Assembly: GCF_000150275.1 (NCBI RefSeq)
Contig: NW_002060952.1
Span: 456,482-520,481, forward strand
Origin: Trichoplax adhaerens
Lineage: Eukaryota > Animalia > Placozoa
Direction of reading: 5' to 3'
Length of the DNA: 64,000 nucleotides
The notes beneath the pieces were generated by a model, which was not told the origin of the DNA, made no database searches, and saw only the letters and a list, made by a program, of their open reading frames with translations. The translations under genes and the position numbers were made by a program. Below are positions 1 through 14,600 of this stretch, one piece after another. Each line of letters begins with the position of its first letter. Positions within the stretch are counted from its first letter, which is position 1.

Positions 1-39
1 CGAAGAGGATTGTAAAAATCTTAGAGTCGTTATTATTAC

Positions 40-3000
40 CTTAACACGTTCTTCTGGCGTTCGTATTTGCTTATCACTGATATTTTTCGTACTAATAAAA
101 CCAGTAATTCCACTATCTAATATAACTTTTACGCCGATAGCGATACCTTTACACTCGTTGTTGTCAATGTGTCTCCATACCTAGTAAAAGTATTTCGACC
201 GAAATAAATGATCAAAGGTGAGATAACAATTTAATGTTTATGGTGTACCATATCTGTTACTTGCTTACCTCGCTAAGTTCTTTAAAGGAGTCAAATAAAC
301 ATAACGGACAAGTCCAAGTGTTAGAAATTGGATCTCGTTCAGGATTAACTCGATCGATTTGATCTTTCGTTGGTCGTCGATGAACAATACCAATAACACG
401 ACAAGTTATTAATTGGCCATAGCATAACGATTCTGGCGTTTCATCTACCAATAAGTAGAATACTTCTCCCGGACTCAAGCTATCAAAAGGCTGACGACAC
501 TCTTTATACCTGTGTGTTAATTCTTCACGGATATCGTATAAAGTTACAGATTTATTTCCAAATCCCTGAAATAGTAGAAATTGTTTAGACTTGCCGATTA
601 AACTAAAACCAATAATGCCATGTTAAAGAATTGTACGTATGACTGTAATAGTATATATTCACCTGGCGCTTTAACTCTTCGGCAAATGCATCTAAATCAA
701 GATCCTTAAGTTTATCAGGTTGATCGATTATGTCATGTACGACTGTAGCTTGATTTATTTCTTCTGCAGACTAAAGAAAATAGCTAGATTATTCCATTGT
801 CATATTAAAGAGATCTAATACCATCCAAAGCTATATGACTCCTATGCATTTTATGACTTACTTCATCGTAATCTAAGGCATCAATTGCCATTTTACGCGC
901 CCAGTCATAAGCCTCAGGATGGATACGAGTGGTATCTAATATTTCAGCATAATCGCTGGAAAAAGCAGGATAAACTTTAAAGTCAGTATAATTAAGATTA
1001 CAGAAAGCGAAAGTCTAAAATTAATTATTATACTACAAGATACAGTTGATAACAACAACCTATTGCATAATAACCTGTCATCTACTTTATTTGTAGGAAT
1101 CTTGATAAAACCAGCACAATTTACAAATAAGTTCGGACCCATACCGCATTCTGTTACCAAAGACTTTCGATTTCTCAGACGGAGATTTCCTTTCTTTAAT
1201 AACTAGACCGTAGTTACAGAGAGCATTCTAATAGTTACATGTAATACAGAATAACAATCCAATAGTATTTAAACTGTTCAATAACATACCTTCAGCAATG
1301 CCGTTGCTTTACGAGGACCAAGACCACATACGAATGAAAGTAATGACGAGTAGCGTTCATTTGTTAAGCATAAGTTCAGATCAATTCCAATATCATTAAT
1401 GCAATTGATAAATTCGATGTATAACGCTTCCATAAGATCAGGTTTAGGAATTTCAGCCTAAAATATAATTTATCTTTTAACTATGACAAGCAGATATATC
1501 TTTATCGTGGCTGTTAATACCTGTAATATGTGGAGCCTAAGGCATAATATTTCTTCATCATCTGATGTTAGCAATTGAGATAACTCCAAAAGAGGTTCTT
1601 GCATATAACGAGCTAAAGAAATAGCGTGACAGAGTAATGGAGGATACTCCGGGAATTCGTTCTTAACAACGAAAAGTAAAGGGTGATCTGTTCAGTGACC
1701 TGTGCATAAGTTTTTTATCATAATCCATCACTTAATTTAATTTCCGAATACCTTAGCGCGTTTAGAAGATTCAAACAGACGTGGGATACAAGGATCTATC
1801 AGTTCAACACTTATAGGTGGCAAATCTTCTTCGGACTGTAATTCATTTACAATTCCTTCTAAGTCTTTCTTAACACCAGTTGCTTGCCTGTAGAGCATTA
1901 ATATTGTTAATTTCGGGATTTGCAATTATAAATATTTTTTACTGTCTGCATTTTTGAAACAGGAAAGAGTACCTGCATGAAGCTGATATTGCTATCGCTA
2001 CTGGTTGCTTGCTAACGATTAAGCCTTTAATTAATTTGATTTCTTTAATCTAAGAAATTATTACGAACGTTTTAAAATTACAAAAATTATTCGTAGTGGG
2101 CGCATATTAGGTAAATTAAGCAGTAGCACCAACTCTATTCGGATCTTCTTCTGTTTCATAATTTCTCGGACCTCTCAAAAGGTGGCTTAACTTCAAAAAG
2201 TCACTTACTTCTCCATGGCCGTCAATGACACATGCATAAGATGCGATATCTCTGCACAAATGAATGCAGTATAGCAAAAATGAACTTTGTGTAGAATAGA
2301 ATGAAATTTACGGATAAAACTTTCAAGAAAGTATATTGACTACCGGTCTGAAACAAATGCGAAACTCATAATCCGTTGATAAGGTTCCATTTCATCATCT
2401 TCATCATTTTCAGAGCCAATTTTAAAAGAAGCGACATTGATTCGTTTTCTGACATTACAACAACATTCCTAGAATAAGCGACACAAAATTACCATTTATT
2501 AATGAATACACACCTTCAGCGACAGCAACATTAGTTTTTTATTGCTGAAAGAAATCCTTAAATTATTATTCTAAATCAATGCTGCAAAACCTTGATGACA
2601 TATTCGTAAGACTCCCGTAGTAACTTCTCTTGTAATTCCTTTCGAAATTCTTCGAATAGAACGTCTTCGACGGCTTTCTGTACGGCACGCCCACGGAGCT
2701 CGTTCCATTCTTTGATCAAATCGCTAAAACCATCCTTCGAAGAATAATAATATATCTTGTAGCTTGTATAAGTTAAATTTGATCAGTTATAGAGGGTACT
2801 TACGACAAAATAATACTGCTTTAGCTCATCAGCGTATGAGCCCCAAGAACTACATTAAAATAGATTTTTGTTAGAGTATGAATAGCGCAAAATTGAATCT
2901 AAAATTCTTGGTTGTTATTAATTTCTATAAATATTACGGAAACGTATACGGTATATTATGTAAAGAATTACCTAGCTGAAGGTTCAACTGAAAATGTATG

Positions 3001-6000
3001 AGTTATGAATCCTTCCTTTTCAGCCTAATAGGATCAAGAAACGAGAGCATTATTGAAGTTGTTGATGTTTATTAAATTGACAGTAATAAAGAATTACAAA
3101 ATCCCCTATTGATCAACCTTAGATATTTGCAAGTATTGGTCATGGGTGAGATCACGAATAGGCTTATTAGAAATATATTTCAAAGGGCTGTACACATGAT
3201 TTTTATCAATATCCTACAGGTAGTACAAAAGAGTATGGTTAATATTCTTTCTTCCAAGCCAATTGAAAACTTTATGACATAAGTCAGGCTAGCCAATTTA
3301 ATGAGAACATTAGATTTATTTACCTTTTTACCCCTTTTAGTTGGACGACAAGAGATCTTAGCTCTTTCATAAAAGGCTAACCGAACCGCTCTACGTACTA
3401 AGGGATCTCTAGAAAGTTGTACGGCTACTGTGTAGACTGCCGCATCTAAAACGGCTTCAACAGTAGGAAAAGCTCTAGAATAGAATACATCACATCATTT
3501 ACAAAAATATCATAAGTATTAATAAAAGTAATTACAGTTACAATTTCGGTACGATACTTTGTGATATAGTCTCGAGCAGTGGTGTTTGGATCAATCTCAT
3601 ACTGAGTGGGTTCATTTATTTGATATGATTCGATCACATTTTTGCCAAATCTTTCTGGAGATAAACCAAATTTTAATGCTAAATGACTAATTTTATTATC
3701 TTCACATCGCGTATAGAAGTTGCGCCTTCTCAGCCTCCGTATACTCTCTCCGCTACGCTTTTCATTATTATCGCTTTGGTTTTTATCATCACTATTTGTT
3801 GTTTTCTTTGAGGCGTCATTACGAAGGTCTTCCAGTTCTTTATGGTGATATAACAAAAAGTGAGTGTAGACGTCTTGTAGTTCTTCATAAGTGTTGCATT
3901 CCTCAAGTCTAATACAAATCAACAATTTAGATTTATCGACTGAAATATTACCTGAAACTCATTGGTTTACTCTAAAGTTTAATATTATTAATTACCTAGC
4001 GGTATCTTCAGCATCGATAATTTTCGCATTAAATGTGGAAAAATCGTGGGTATTTTTAGCTTTATCATATTGATATTGTTGTACTTTGGCGAATAACTTT
4101 GCCATGTTTTGTTTTCTACGACTAAAATACATCCACTGAAAATGAATAGTATTAAAATTGTATTAAGCTAATGCGCATAACTTTCGAGAGTGGTAGTGAA
4201 ATTGTTGTTTTCCACATAAATCAAATTAAATAGAAAAAATAAAATCGAATACCTTTATATCCCAATTGTAAATACGCCATAAATCATCAACTTGTAGGGA
4301 ATGCCGATATATTTCTTTACGGTAGTGCGCTATAAATGGTATCTAAAGAGATATCGTGCAAAAATTTATAAACTATATATACACATAGTGGTATCTTTAA
4401 ACATAAACTAATAACGGTATCTCAATACTACATTTGAAAGAACATCTTTCATTAATGTGCTGATGCTTGGGAAGTACGCATTAGTTAAATTAAAGATTAC
4501 CTCAAGGCCTTCATTGCGAATTAGCGCCAAGATTTCTCGTACAGTGATCATTAATTGACTTCCTGATCCGTAGTTGATACCCTGATCGATTACAAGTGAT
4601 AGATAATTTTGGCTACAGAAAATCATGCGGTCATAAAATAGAGTCACTATTCTAGTATACCTGATTTGATATTGAAGGATTCATAAAAGCCTGAGAATAA
4701 ATCCATTGAGATTCGTTATCCAATTCAGTGTCATCGGCTTTAGTAACAGCAATTTTGCGCAACTTAGATACAAATAGGAGAGATTTACAATTGAAAATTT
4801 TAGAGACAGGTCATAGAATTGTTTGGTAGTTTGAAACACTACCTGTCAGCATCATACTGGTATTAAGTAATACTACCTGATGTCTTTCAGGCATGTCTGT
4901 AATCCGAATCTTTTCATCTCGCTTAGATAAATAACGTTTTTCCAAATCAGTTGGTTCATAAATTTCAAATAATGAGCGACCTTTTTTTGAGACTTTCTTC
5001 CTTGATCGCCGACGTGGTTCACTTTCATCCTATCAATAGAATGCAAATTATTTTATTGTAATCTTCTCAATTTTAGAAATAGGCAAGTCGCATAACATAG
5101 CTAGAGTTTTTTTTTATAAATGGTGAACATGTTACATCCATACGTTGTTGAAACTATATTAGCGACCTGTGAATCTATATCTTCATCAAGATAATCATCT
5201 TCTTCATATTCTTCAACTTCATCTGCGCCTTCATCAAGATAATCAAAATCTATGCGAAATATATCATTGGCATCATGCATCGCCCTAAAGAATAAAATAA
5301 GATAGTATTGTAATTAATGTATGATTTCAAATAATATCGCATTTTCAATCTGCAATATATGAATTACAGAGAATTGTATTTTCGACATTGTGATTGAAAA
5401 ATTAAAGTCAAGCCATTTGCTCTATTTAACACTCACTCATCGGCTTCATCATCTTCTTCATGTATCGGTCTGCCTTCTTCGTCGACGATAAAATCATCAT
5501 CTAATCGAAACAAAGATGATATCAGTAGAATTAAGAATCATTTTAAATAATTAATTCAACATTGGAGGGAAATGCGCCTATTGAGGTGTTAATTAGGGGA
5601 TAGTGTTAACTTGAATCGTTACTTTCACCTTCGTCTGAAGACATTTCCGCAAAGATATCATCGTGCGGTGCTGATGGCTTTTCAGATGTGCTAGGTTTCT
5701 ACATACCATAACAGAAAACAATTAATACACCATCAACAGCATGGATTGCTTATAAATATAAATATTCAAATGGATCATTGACTAAATATTCTACCTTCGC
5801 TACGACAGGATCAGCTTCTGGCGGCAACGCCATAATATCGTCTTCAGGCTCTTCATCGAAAGCCGACTCCAATGTTCGTACCCGTCGAAATCGTTTATTC
5901 TACACAAATTAATGAACTTTAATCAATTTCAATTCGGTCTTTAGTACTGTACAGATGATAGCATAGTATTAGTCGTAATAAAAGATGGTGGCATTCAATT

Positions 6001-6965
6001 CTCTTTAGTTTTTTGATGCAGTAAAAAATCTATCCATGGATCCAACCCTAGTCATTGGGATAATGACAGTCATCCATTTGTTGATGTTGTACAGTTACAA
6101 TTTTTCGCAGACATTACGCGTGATATTTTTATCCACTATCTCTAGTCAGTATGGCAATTGGCGTTTGAAAGCAATCGATCAGATTTTGATTCATTTAGTT
6201 CAATCTTGATGAGCATCGTTCTACTTTGAAAAGTTTACACTTTTACGATATTCAATCTCATCTAGCTTGTCCTCAAGTCTGCCTCTATTTACTCATACTG
6301 TATTGTAGGAAAGAAGAGAGTGATGGAAGATGTCGACTTGTACCCATGCATCCGTACAGTAAGACATCAAGGTGATACTACTTGTTCAATGGTTTACTGA
6401 CTTATACTTACGAATTGAAACTTTACTCATCTTTCATGATAGTACTAAACTAAAACTCTTGCAATACTAGGTCTTTCCAGTTGCATTTTTGTACTGATAT
6501 TTCAGCAAGAGTTTGAAAAGATGCTTTTATTTTATTCATCAACTGTTGCCTCTATCTTACCCTTTGTAAATCAATGCCAGTATTTTCGTTGATGAGATCA
6601 AAATCGTCTTCATCCAAATCATCATCAATATCATCCTCTACAATGAGACATACAATCAACAACATCAACCTTAATGAAGAATTATGGACATACAATAGTT
6701 GAATGAATTGGAAGATTTCCTTGGCCATGATTCCAAATATTATGGGAAAGTTGTATTTGCACCTACCATCGTGGTATCGTTTCTTGCCCGTGGTCCCACT
6801 GTCTGATTCGCTGTCATCATGGCTGGTTTCATCTTTATCAGTGACAAAACCGCTTAATTTATCATCCTCGGCGCCATCATCATCGTCGTCTTCGTCTTGG
6901 TTGGATCCAGCATATTCTTCCTCTGATTCTTCAGCTTCGTTGTCAATATAATCGTTGGACGACAT
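40..6965 (-). CDS. SUPT6H: Transcription elongation factor / histone chaperone SPT6 (multi-exon; 3' part lies beyond the window start)
   Basis: ATG at 6965 opens an acidic N-terminus ([17 protein letters not shown]...[16 protein letters not shown]). Spliced exons give SPT6 hallmarks [82 protein letters not shown] and the start of the S1 domain ([16 protein letters not shown]). Many short GT-AG introns. Confidence 0.96.
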
Positions 6966-7080
6966 GTTTGAAAAGCAACTTGATCAAGTCCGAAGATTTT
7001 TCCGTCTTTCCGAACTTGCCTCTGAATCTGCCTGAGGTTGAAGCCTTGAAGGATCGATCCACTTGACCGTTGACGCGTTT

Positions 7081-7330
7081 GACAGTGTACGTACTGTACC
7101 AGTCTACTGTCATTTATAGTACTACTACCTGTAATTGAGTATTGCATGGCGGTACTGTACAAGCAGCTATATAGGCAAATCGAATAAGAAGAGTACAGTA
7201 CAGTACTGCACATTCTACTGTAGCACCGTACTGTACTGTACACTGTACACTGTACGGTACAGTACCGTCCAGTCATGGACTACAGTACTACAGTACAGTA
7301 GATGTACTGTAGTTTACAGTACAGCGTTTT
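7081..7330 (-). promoter_or_regulatory. Putative SPT6 promoter region, dense in CAGTA/TACTG motifs
   Basis: Immediately upstream of the SPT6 ATG; runs such as agtacagtacagtactgc and gtactgtactgtacactgtacactgtac. Confidence 0.55.
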
Positions 7331-7524
7331 GAATTTCGTTTTCAATACTTTAACTGGGAAAAAATGGAACGAAATCGAACGTGCAAATACAGTAGTTTAT
7401 AGTTTGTACTACTGTGCTGTATATACCGATAGAGCAAAGAATTTTATTTCTACTGTACTTTTACTAAAATATCTGATACACAATAACATCGCTGTACTGT
7501 ACGCCTGGACTATAGCGACTACGG

Positions 7525-8200
7525 AATGGGCACAGTCACTGTACAGTTACTACAGTACAGTACTGTACACCAGAAATGTACAGTGTACAGTCCATAACGT
7601 AACAGTACGGATTGTACTGTAGTACTGTATGTACTGTACCAATGCTATGGAATGTAACGACTCTTAATCAGTATTTGCTTATTAACATCACTGGTTGATG
7701 TAACAACTCTTAATTAGTATTCGCTTATTAAGATCACTAGTAAAGTGACAGTACAGTACTGTACTGTACGTTACAATTTTGACTGAGGGACTGTAAAAAA
7801 AATGAGGGCGAAATTGTGAAAGTGACTTGGCAGTTGGCAGTGACTAAATATGGGTCCAGCAGTCCAGTCGTCTGGTACTGTCGTGGTGATCTGGTACAAA
7901 CATGACAAGATCAGTGTACTGTAGACACTACTAATGGGCACAGTAACAGTACTGTACAGTCCATAACGTAACAGTACGGATTGTACTGTAGTACTGTAAT
8001 TACAGTACTGTACAGTACTGTACAATTTTGACTGAGGGACTGTAAAAAACAAGAGGGTGAAAGTCAGGTCTACAGTAGGTGAAACTGTGAAAGTGACTTG
8101 GCAGTGACTGAATATGGGTCGAGTAGTCCAGTCGTCTGGTACTGCAGTGGTTATCTGGTATAAACAGGAACACATCAGTGGATCAGTACTGCACACTGTA
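7525..8200. repeat. Diverged two-copy tandem duplication, with an internal 47-bp dimer at about 7651-7740
   Basis: aatgggcacag...tccataacgtaacagtacggattgtactgtagtactgta at 7525 and 7933. tacaattttgactgagggactgtaaaaaa...agtccagtcgtctggtactg at about 7772 and 8021. Confidence 0.85.
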
Positions 8201-8546
8201 AAGTAACCCCATAGGTGATCATCTTGGTACTGAAGAATCTCTGTCAGAACAGACTTTACTTATACCAGAAGTTATATATATAGAATAGCTATATGAGGAC
8301 CATAGGGAAGAACCACCATGGATAGGACTTCCAAGTGTTAGCAAGGCTTTACTGTCGATTCTGCAGACACCCTAAGATAATCTGCCGTCAAGGGTAGAAA
8401 AACCGAAAGTTATTCTACAGTACTGTACTGTAGTAGAACCTACGGTACTGTACGCTCGTTCTGCTATACTGTACAGTACAGTACTGTACTGTACTGAGAC
8501 AGTGACATTCGACCTGGTTCAATTCAAAGCGACTTTGAAGTCGTCA

Positions 8547-8666
8547 TGTTTCACAATGGGAAGAAACGTTTGCTCATTGGCCTGATCCGCACCATTTTAC
8601 TAGTTATCCTTTGTTGGAGTATCAAGATCAGGCCAATCAGCAAACGTTTCGTCTCGTTCTGAAACA
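8547..8666. repeat. Inverted repeat (41-bp arms, 38-nt spacer), each arm carrying a CCAAT box
   Basis: 8547-8587 matches the reverse complement of 8626-8666 at 36 of 41 positions. Confidence 0.9.
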
Positions 8667-11600
8667 ATACCATTGCAAGCATACAGGCCATAGTCCGTGA
8701 TACTGTACTGTCGAACGCCATTCAGAGACAGTACTGTACACTGTACACTGTACAGTAGAGTGACCCTCATCAAACTCAACCTGAACTCAACTCAACTTCA
8801 ACTCGGCTGTATCGCCTTTACCTTTCGGGTTCGGGTTGGACCAACTTGTCAATCTCGTCCTTGTGCAGCTCTCTGATCTCGACTCTACACAGTATGTTCG
8901 AGATTTACCAGAGGACCTTTAACCCTTATAGAGAAAATTTCTCTCCTTCCTTGAGTAGTCACTGCTTCTAGCATGCTTTTCATCATCGAGTTTTATTTTT
9001 TCCTTGCTCAATACTTAATGTCAATAGTAGATTAGGATCTGCTGTAGACAGTAGTATAATTTGACATAGTCCATAACCAGGCGAATGGATAAAAACAGAA
9101 ATTGACGTACTACTACAGTGTAATGAAGTAAAGTAAATGAGTATTTAGTGTACAATAAGCAAGAAAAAGGGGAGCACCAAGCGCAATACTGTACTACCAC
9201 AGCAGTGCTACCCTAGAGGCATGATGCTATTGAAGTTCAATTTCAAGTTGTACAGCACTGCACTACCATTGGAAAAATGACGGTGCTGACTATTTACTGT
9301 ACAATAACATTTCATGTTTATCCTTTCACCGTACAGTAATCCGAATCGTGATGGATGCTATTTCTGCATCAACTATTTAGTCAAACAACCAACTTGCTAT
9401 GGAATAGCCGTTATTCAATTTTTTTGAATTTATAGAGCTATGCAACATCTACACCCGGCATAACTGGCGAGTACACAGTGCTTAGAATTGTACCTGTATC
9501 CGGATGCATGAGCCATATGGTAGGGAATAATAAGAAACGATAAACATATCAATTTTAAGACTATAAACTTCGAAATTATGGTTATAGAATGACTAGTTTG
9601 ATATTTAAGGTTTGCAGTCAAAGTAAATATCCAATAAAATAATATTTTATTTATCCACTAATTAGAACGAGGACAATGAATTAACATTTAATCTTTCATC
9701 ACTTAATAATGCAACTATACTCGCACGCCTTGCTAACTAATTATTAGCTCAGCTACAGCTCTAAAATTTACAACAAATTACGCTAATGCTACCCAAAAAA
9801 TGAAAGAAATGAATATCATTCCATTACATAGGCTACAAATAGTTTGCAATCATGCCCAATAAAAGATACGTTAATGTGCTAATTTTAATTTGTGAGTAAA
9901 ATTGCAATCATTCACTCGCGTACATGCAGTATTGGAAATTTGAGAAAAGATAGAGGATGCTGGTTATTAGTACACTTTGTATATTGGCAAAAGATATCTG
10001 AATGTCAATAATAACTAATGCAATGAACCATATGGATTATATCAAAATCAAGATTAGTCCACTATAACATCAATTTCAGTCAATTTGAATGCGCATGGTA
10101 ACTGCAAACATTTGTCTGATTTATTTAAATTTCAAGTATTACCCATAAGACTACTAAGATTTCTGATAAACCGATGGAAGTCATTCCATCAGAAGCAGCA
10201 GTGTGTTTATTATCAGTATTTACCGCCCGTAATAAGGCTATTATTATTATCTGGCAATTAGCGAGTTTATTTATTTAGTGCTTGTTATTTCTAAATTATA
10301 AAGCATACGTTATTATCATATATCAGTTTTTCTCCATTTTTTCAATCGGAATTTACGAGTACATTCGATGTATACATGTGCTATTACTGTAGAAATGTAT
10401 CATCTGTATTGAACAGTTTTAAGTTTCAAGTCGCTTCTTTCAAATGTTAGTAGCTAATTAATAGTTGAACTTTTCAGAATGAAAAATTTAAATACTTTTA
10501 ATATATGTATAGAATTATCTAAACATACCTTGTAATATAGACTCACCCTACGTGATCCTTCGTTTGTTATCATGTAATTGCATCAAAGACTCCCGGACTG
10601 GCGTCAACTCGACAGTAGGTTCAAAACTTTACATAAATATTTATAACTAGACGTAAATGTAATTACATATACAAGTATAATACCTTACGATAAGCAATGA
10701 TTCATAAAGTACACATCGAAAATTTTACCATAACAGGGAGCAACAAAATGTCGTCTATCTAAATAGTCAACAAGGTCAAAAAATTTCTCATATAGATTCC
10801 GTTCCTCCATCTTTAATAATGATAATTCCTGAAGTAGAATGAATCATGGTTTTACATAATAAAGTCAGGTCGCTTTGACGTGGCTGTAAACAACAACAAT
10901 ATAATCAATCCAATCGTAGCATATTTTATTTAATTTTGATGATTCATTAATCAATAGTGGATCCGGATTGCATTTACGATACGTATGTGTATACTTCTTG
11001 CGCACTCGTATTCAGCGTATATATTGCTATTTTTGCCAATTGATATACTCCTGTAATTTTGTTATTGATCAAATTTTATGAAAATATTTTTACCAATTGG
11101 TATAACATAAGTACAAGGACTGTCATAACCTAATTATTTTATCTGATAATTTATTAAGTAGTTATTTATAATCTACAAGTCAGACAATTATGCAGGACTG
11201 ATTATATAATATAAATCGATGCTTTGACTTGCATTGTCAAACGTCTGCGTTGGGCATGAAATTATAAATTATAACAGATTCTGAGCCTTAATACTATCAA
11301 CGCTGTCATGATATCAATACTTGTATTAATCATAGCAATATTGCGATAAAAATTTATAACTAGTTGCCAGTTCAACTATACTTCGATGCCAACACTTGGC
11401 TAATACAGTATCTTTAAAATGAATTGATTATTTAGAAAGCTTTCTATCTGCCGTAGGGTATTACAATTGGTATCTTTAACAAATTTTAAAGTGTTTATTA
11501 TGCACCGTTCGGATAATACCTAGATATTCTGAATTCTATGACTCAGTTATTGTTCGTTAGAAAATAAGTAGCTAGTATTAATTTATAGCATATACTATTG

Positions 11601-14600
11601 GTAACGGGATTAATACCGTAAATAGCGAATAAAGAGCAATTATTATTTAAGCCTGAGAGACACGTTCGATTGCTTGTGTGTGCAATGCTACACCATTCCA
11701 TCACCATAAAAGTATATTCTTATAAACAGCCAGCTCGTTTAGGCTTCAAATCAATAAAATTATCCAAAGCATAAACTTACTTATAAAAGAATAAATATTA
11801 TCGTTCTTATGTTTACTAGTTACTTATCTTGAATAAACAGAATTGATGTAAATTTTGTAGTAGCTCTGTAGATGATATCATATGGCTTTTATAATAGCTA
11901 CAACATTTTAATACATTTTAAAATATGAAGAACATGCATGTATAGTATGCGTGTACATTTCGAAAACACCTAATTATCGTTATAACAAGTTTACGCGTTT
12001 ACGAACAATAATACCTGATCAATTTTAATTGTCAGTTCGTTAAAAAAGAAAAAAGAAATTCGGTGAGTGAAACGGACTGTAGATTGTGATGTTTAAAATC
12101 GATCAGGGTTAAGTCAACATGATAAATATGAGTAAAATCCATCATATGCGCAGTCACTTTTAAGCATCACACGCACTTCTAGAAATTGTAGAGAGCCCAC
12201 GTTCTAGGAGGGCTTCTAAAGTCCGTGATCCAATTTATTATATGCGTGATCGGTGAAGTCGCTGAATAGCAATTATTTTGAAAATTTCAGGTTTTTAGCA
12301 CTGTACAATATAATTACGATTAAGAAATTGAACGACCTCATAGAGCAGTTCTATTGCAGTTATTACGGGACAGAATAGATCATGAAGTAAATATTTCAAT
12401 ACGAAAGTATAATGTTGCACGCATATAAACATGCGTTGCATTCGAGAGAATACGGTATTAGAAGCTGAACTATAATTATTGAACTGTAATGTACACGTAT
12501 TTATTGTTAATAGCGATTAGGACAATATATGAATGTTTAAAAAGTACACCTAATAATGTAAAAGCATAGTGCAATGTGCATAGATATCAGTACTTTGCAA
12601 AATAATTGTTTCTAAAACTCATCGAGGGTAACGCAATGTTTTTAAAGTATATATGCATAAAAAGGATTACAACGAAAGGTTAAATACGCTTGCTTATATA
12701 GTCATTCTATAAGCTGTGCAGTAGTATTCTACGTTATGCAATCAATCGGTCTGTACAAAGTTCTCGAATCTGCATTACTTCCGTGACCGTCCATGGTTTT
12801 GTAGCAACAATTAAGTATCGTATTGCATATTTGTATATACTGTACTGTACAGTATATATTGGCTGTCTATAAATAGAAATCTCCATATTGAATCGCTTGA
12901 GTTTTAGTTGGAAATTTACATGAACGGGAAAATTCCATGAGTTGAAGTTGTAACGAGATCAAGAATGTGAGATTTGAGCTTTCCTTTCCTTTAGTCTACT
13001 TTATTTGGAAGCCCATGCCAAGCGCGATATCATGCACAAGTTAACAAGACATATGAACTGTGACAATAAATCAGCTCTAGTACGAACATAACTTTAATAC
13101 CATATCCTAATGCTCGTGAACATTTGTAGCATGTGATCTTTTAATCTAGTACAGTAGATAAGGTGTAGACAAGCCGTAAATAGTATTGCACGATATCTAG
13201 GATTCCCCTCGTCCTATAGCGCGTACACTACAAGGTAACTAGCAGTAGTTTATAGGACAGGCGATGTTACGACAGAAGTAACAATTAACTCAGTGAGCGC
13301 GTCCATATTGTCCTGTGCTAGATTCTGCATTTTGAAGGAAGTAGTCCATTTGCTATTATCTTTCGAAAATCTGCTATGATTTAAAATTGAAGGATTTGAA
13401 TCTACTCCCTATAATTTATGCTATAATACGACGCTGCATTGTAATGCCTTTCGGAATTAGGGATTCAACTCGACCTGAATTCAATCAAATCGCGATCCAT
13501 GTAACCTCAACATACTGACTTGATATGTAATGTATTCCTGATTTCCTGTATTGAAGGTTGAACACGAGAAATTTTATTGTTCTATTTGTATTTACACATA
13601 TTGATTGACGAATAGGGTTCACTTTGACAAGGAAATCGGTCAAATGCAATGTAAATACGCGTATGTTTAATTTTCAGATATGAATCCTAATAACTACAGT
13701 ATTAATTAATTAATTAATAAAATATTTTCAATACAACATTGACAAATACTGTATTGTCTCTCCATTTAGGGGGGACTTTATCTTGCAATTGTATGTTCAG
13801 TTTGCATGTCGACTGACCAAAAAAAGATAAAATTCATGCACAGCTGCACGATTAACAACTAAACATTTTATCGATAACAAAAACACATCAACAAAACTAC
13901 ACAACGGTGACTGCAGAGATAGCACAAATTAAGATGGCAAATCTATTCATTTTCTCTATAAATTATTACTAGACGCGTTCCGCTAGTTGTACACCCATTG
14001 TAGTGGTGGATATTGTTGTTGATATTTTTATCAAAATAAAGTTATACTGTATACAGTAATCATGAAAAACAAAAAAATCTATTTTTGATCCGAATTGGGG
14101 TTGTTAGACTGTAATAAGCATCCAAAGCCATGCATGTCCTTCATGTGGCCTAGACCCAATTAATAAAAAAAAGGTATTGTTTTGTACAGTGTAGCCTAAC
14201 TACAGTAGTGTGCTTGTGTGTGGGTGAAGGCGGACTGTATCAAAATGGACGTAAGAATCCCAGCACGCCTTCAATCAATATTGAAGGGAAAAGCTCCGAG
14301 TTTCCTTTCTTATCGTCAATATTCACTATAGCTCGTATCACGAGATTTTCACGTGGAAAGCATCGGAGTGCAATTAATTCATCCATGCAATATTTCTATT
14401 TGATAAAAAGTACAATATTGTGTGCAGAATGTTCATCCAAATTAGATCTAATCAAAATTTCACAATTATGTGAAATCTGTAGGTGTTCCGAATGACCGTG
14501 ACTCTTGCTATAAAATACTGATCATAATCTACTGTACGATACTATAATTTACATGATGGCTTTGGGTAAGAATATTGTAGTGTTCAGTGTCCATTGCACA

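Noticed and set aside
6854-8196. ORFs rich in Y/S/T/V/Q/C (also at about 17100, 30200-30600, 58556 and 59746-60142)
   Set aside because: Artefacts of translating CAGTA/TACTG repeats, which are poor in stop codons.
10529-10630. Minus-strand exon-like segment with in-frame TGA (possible selenoprotein)
   Set aside because: All frames contain stops, no family is recognisable and no SECIS was seen.
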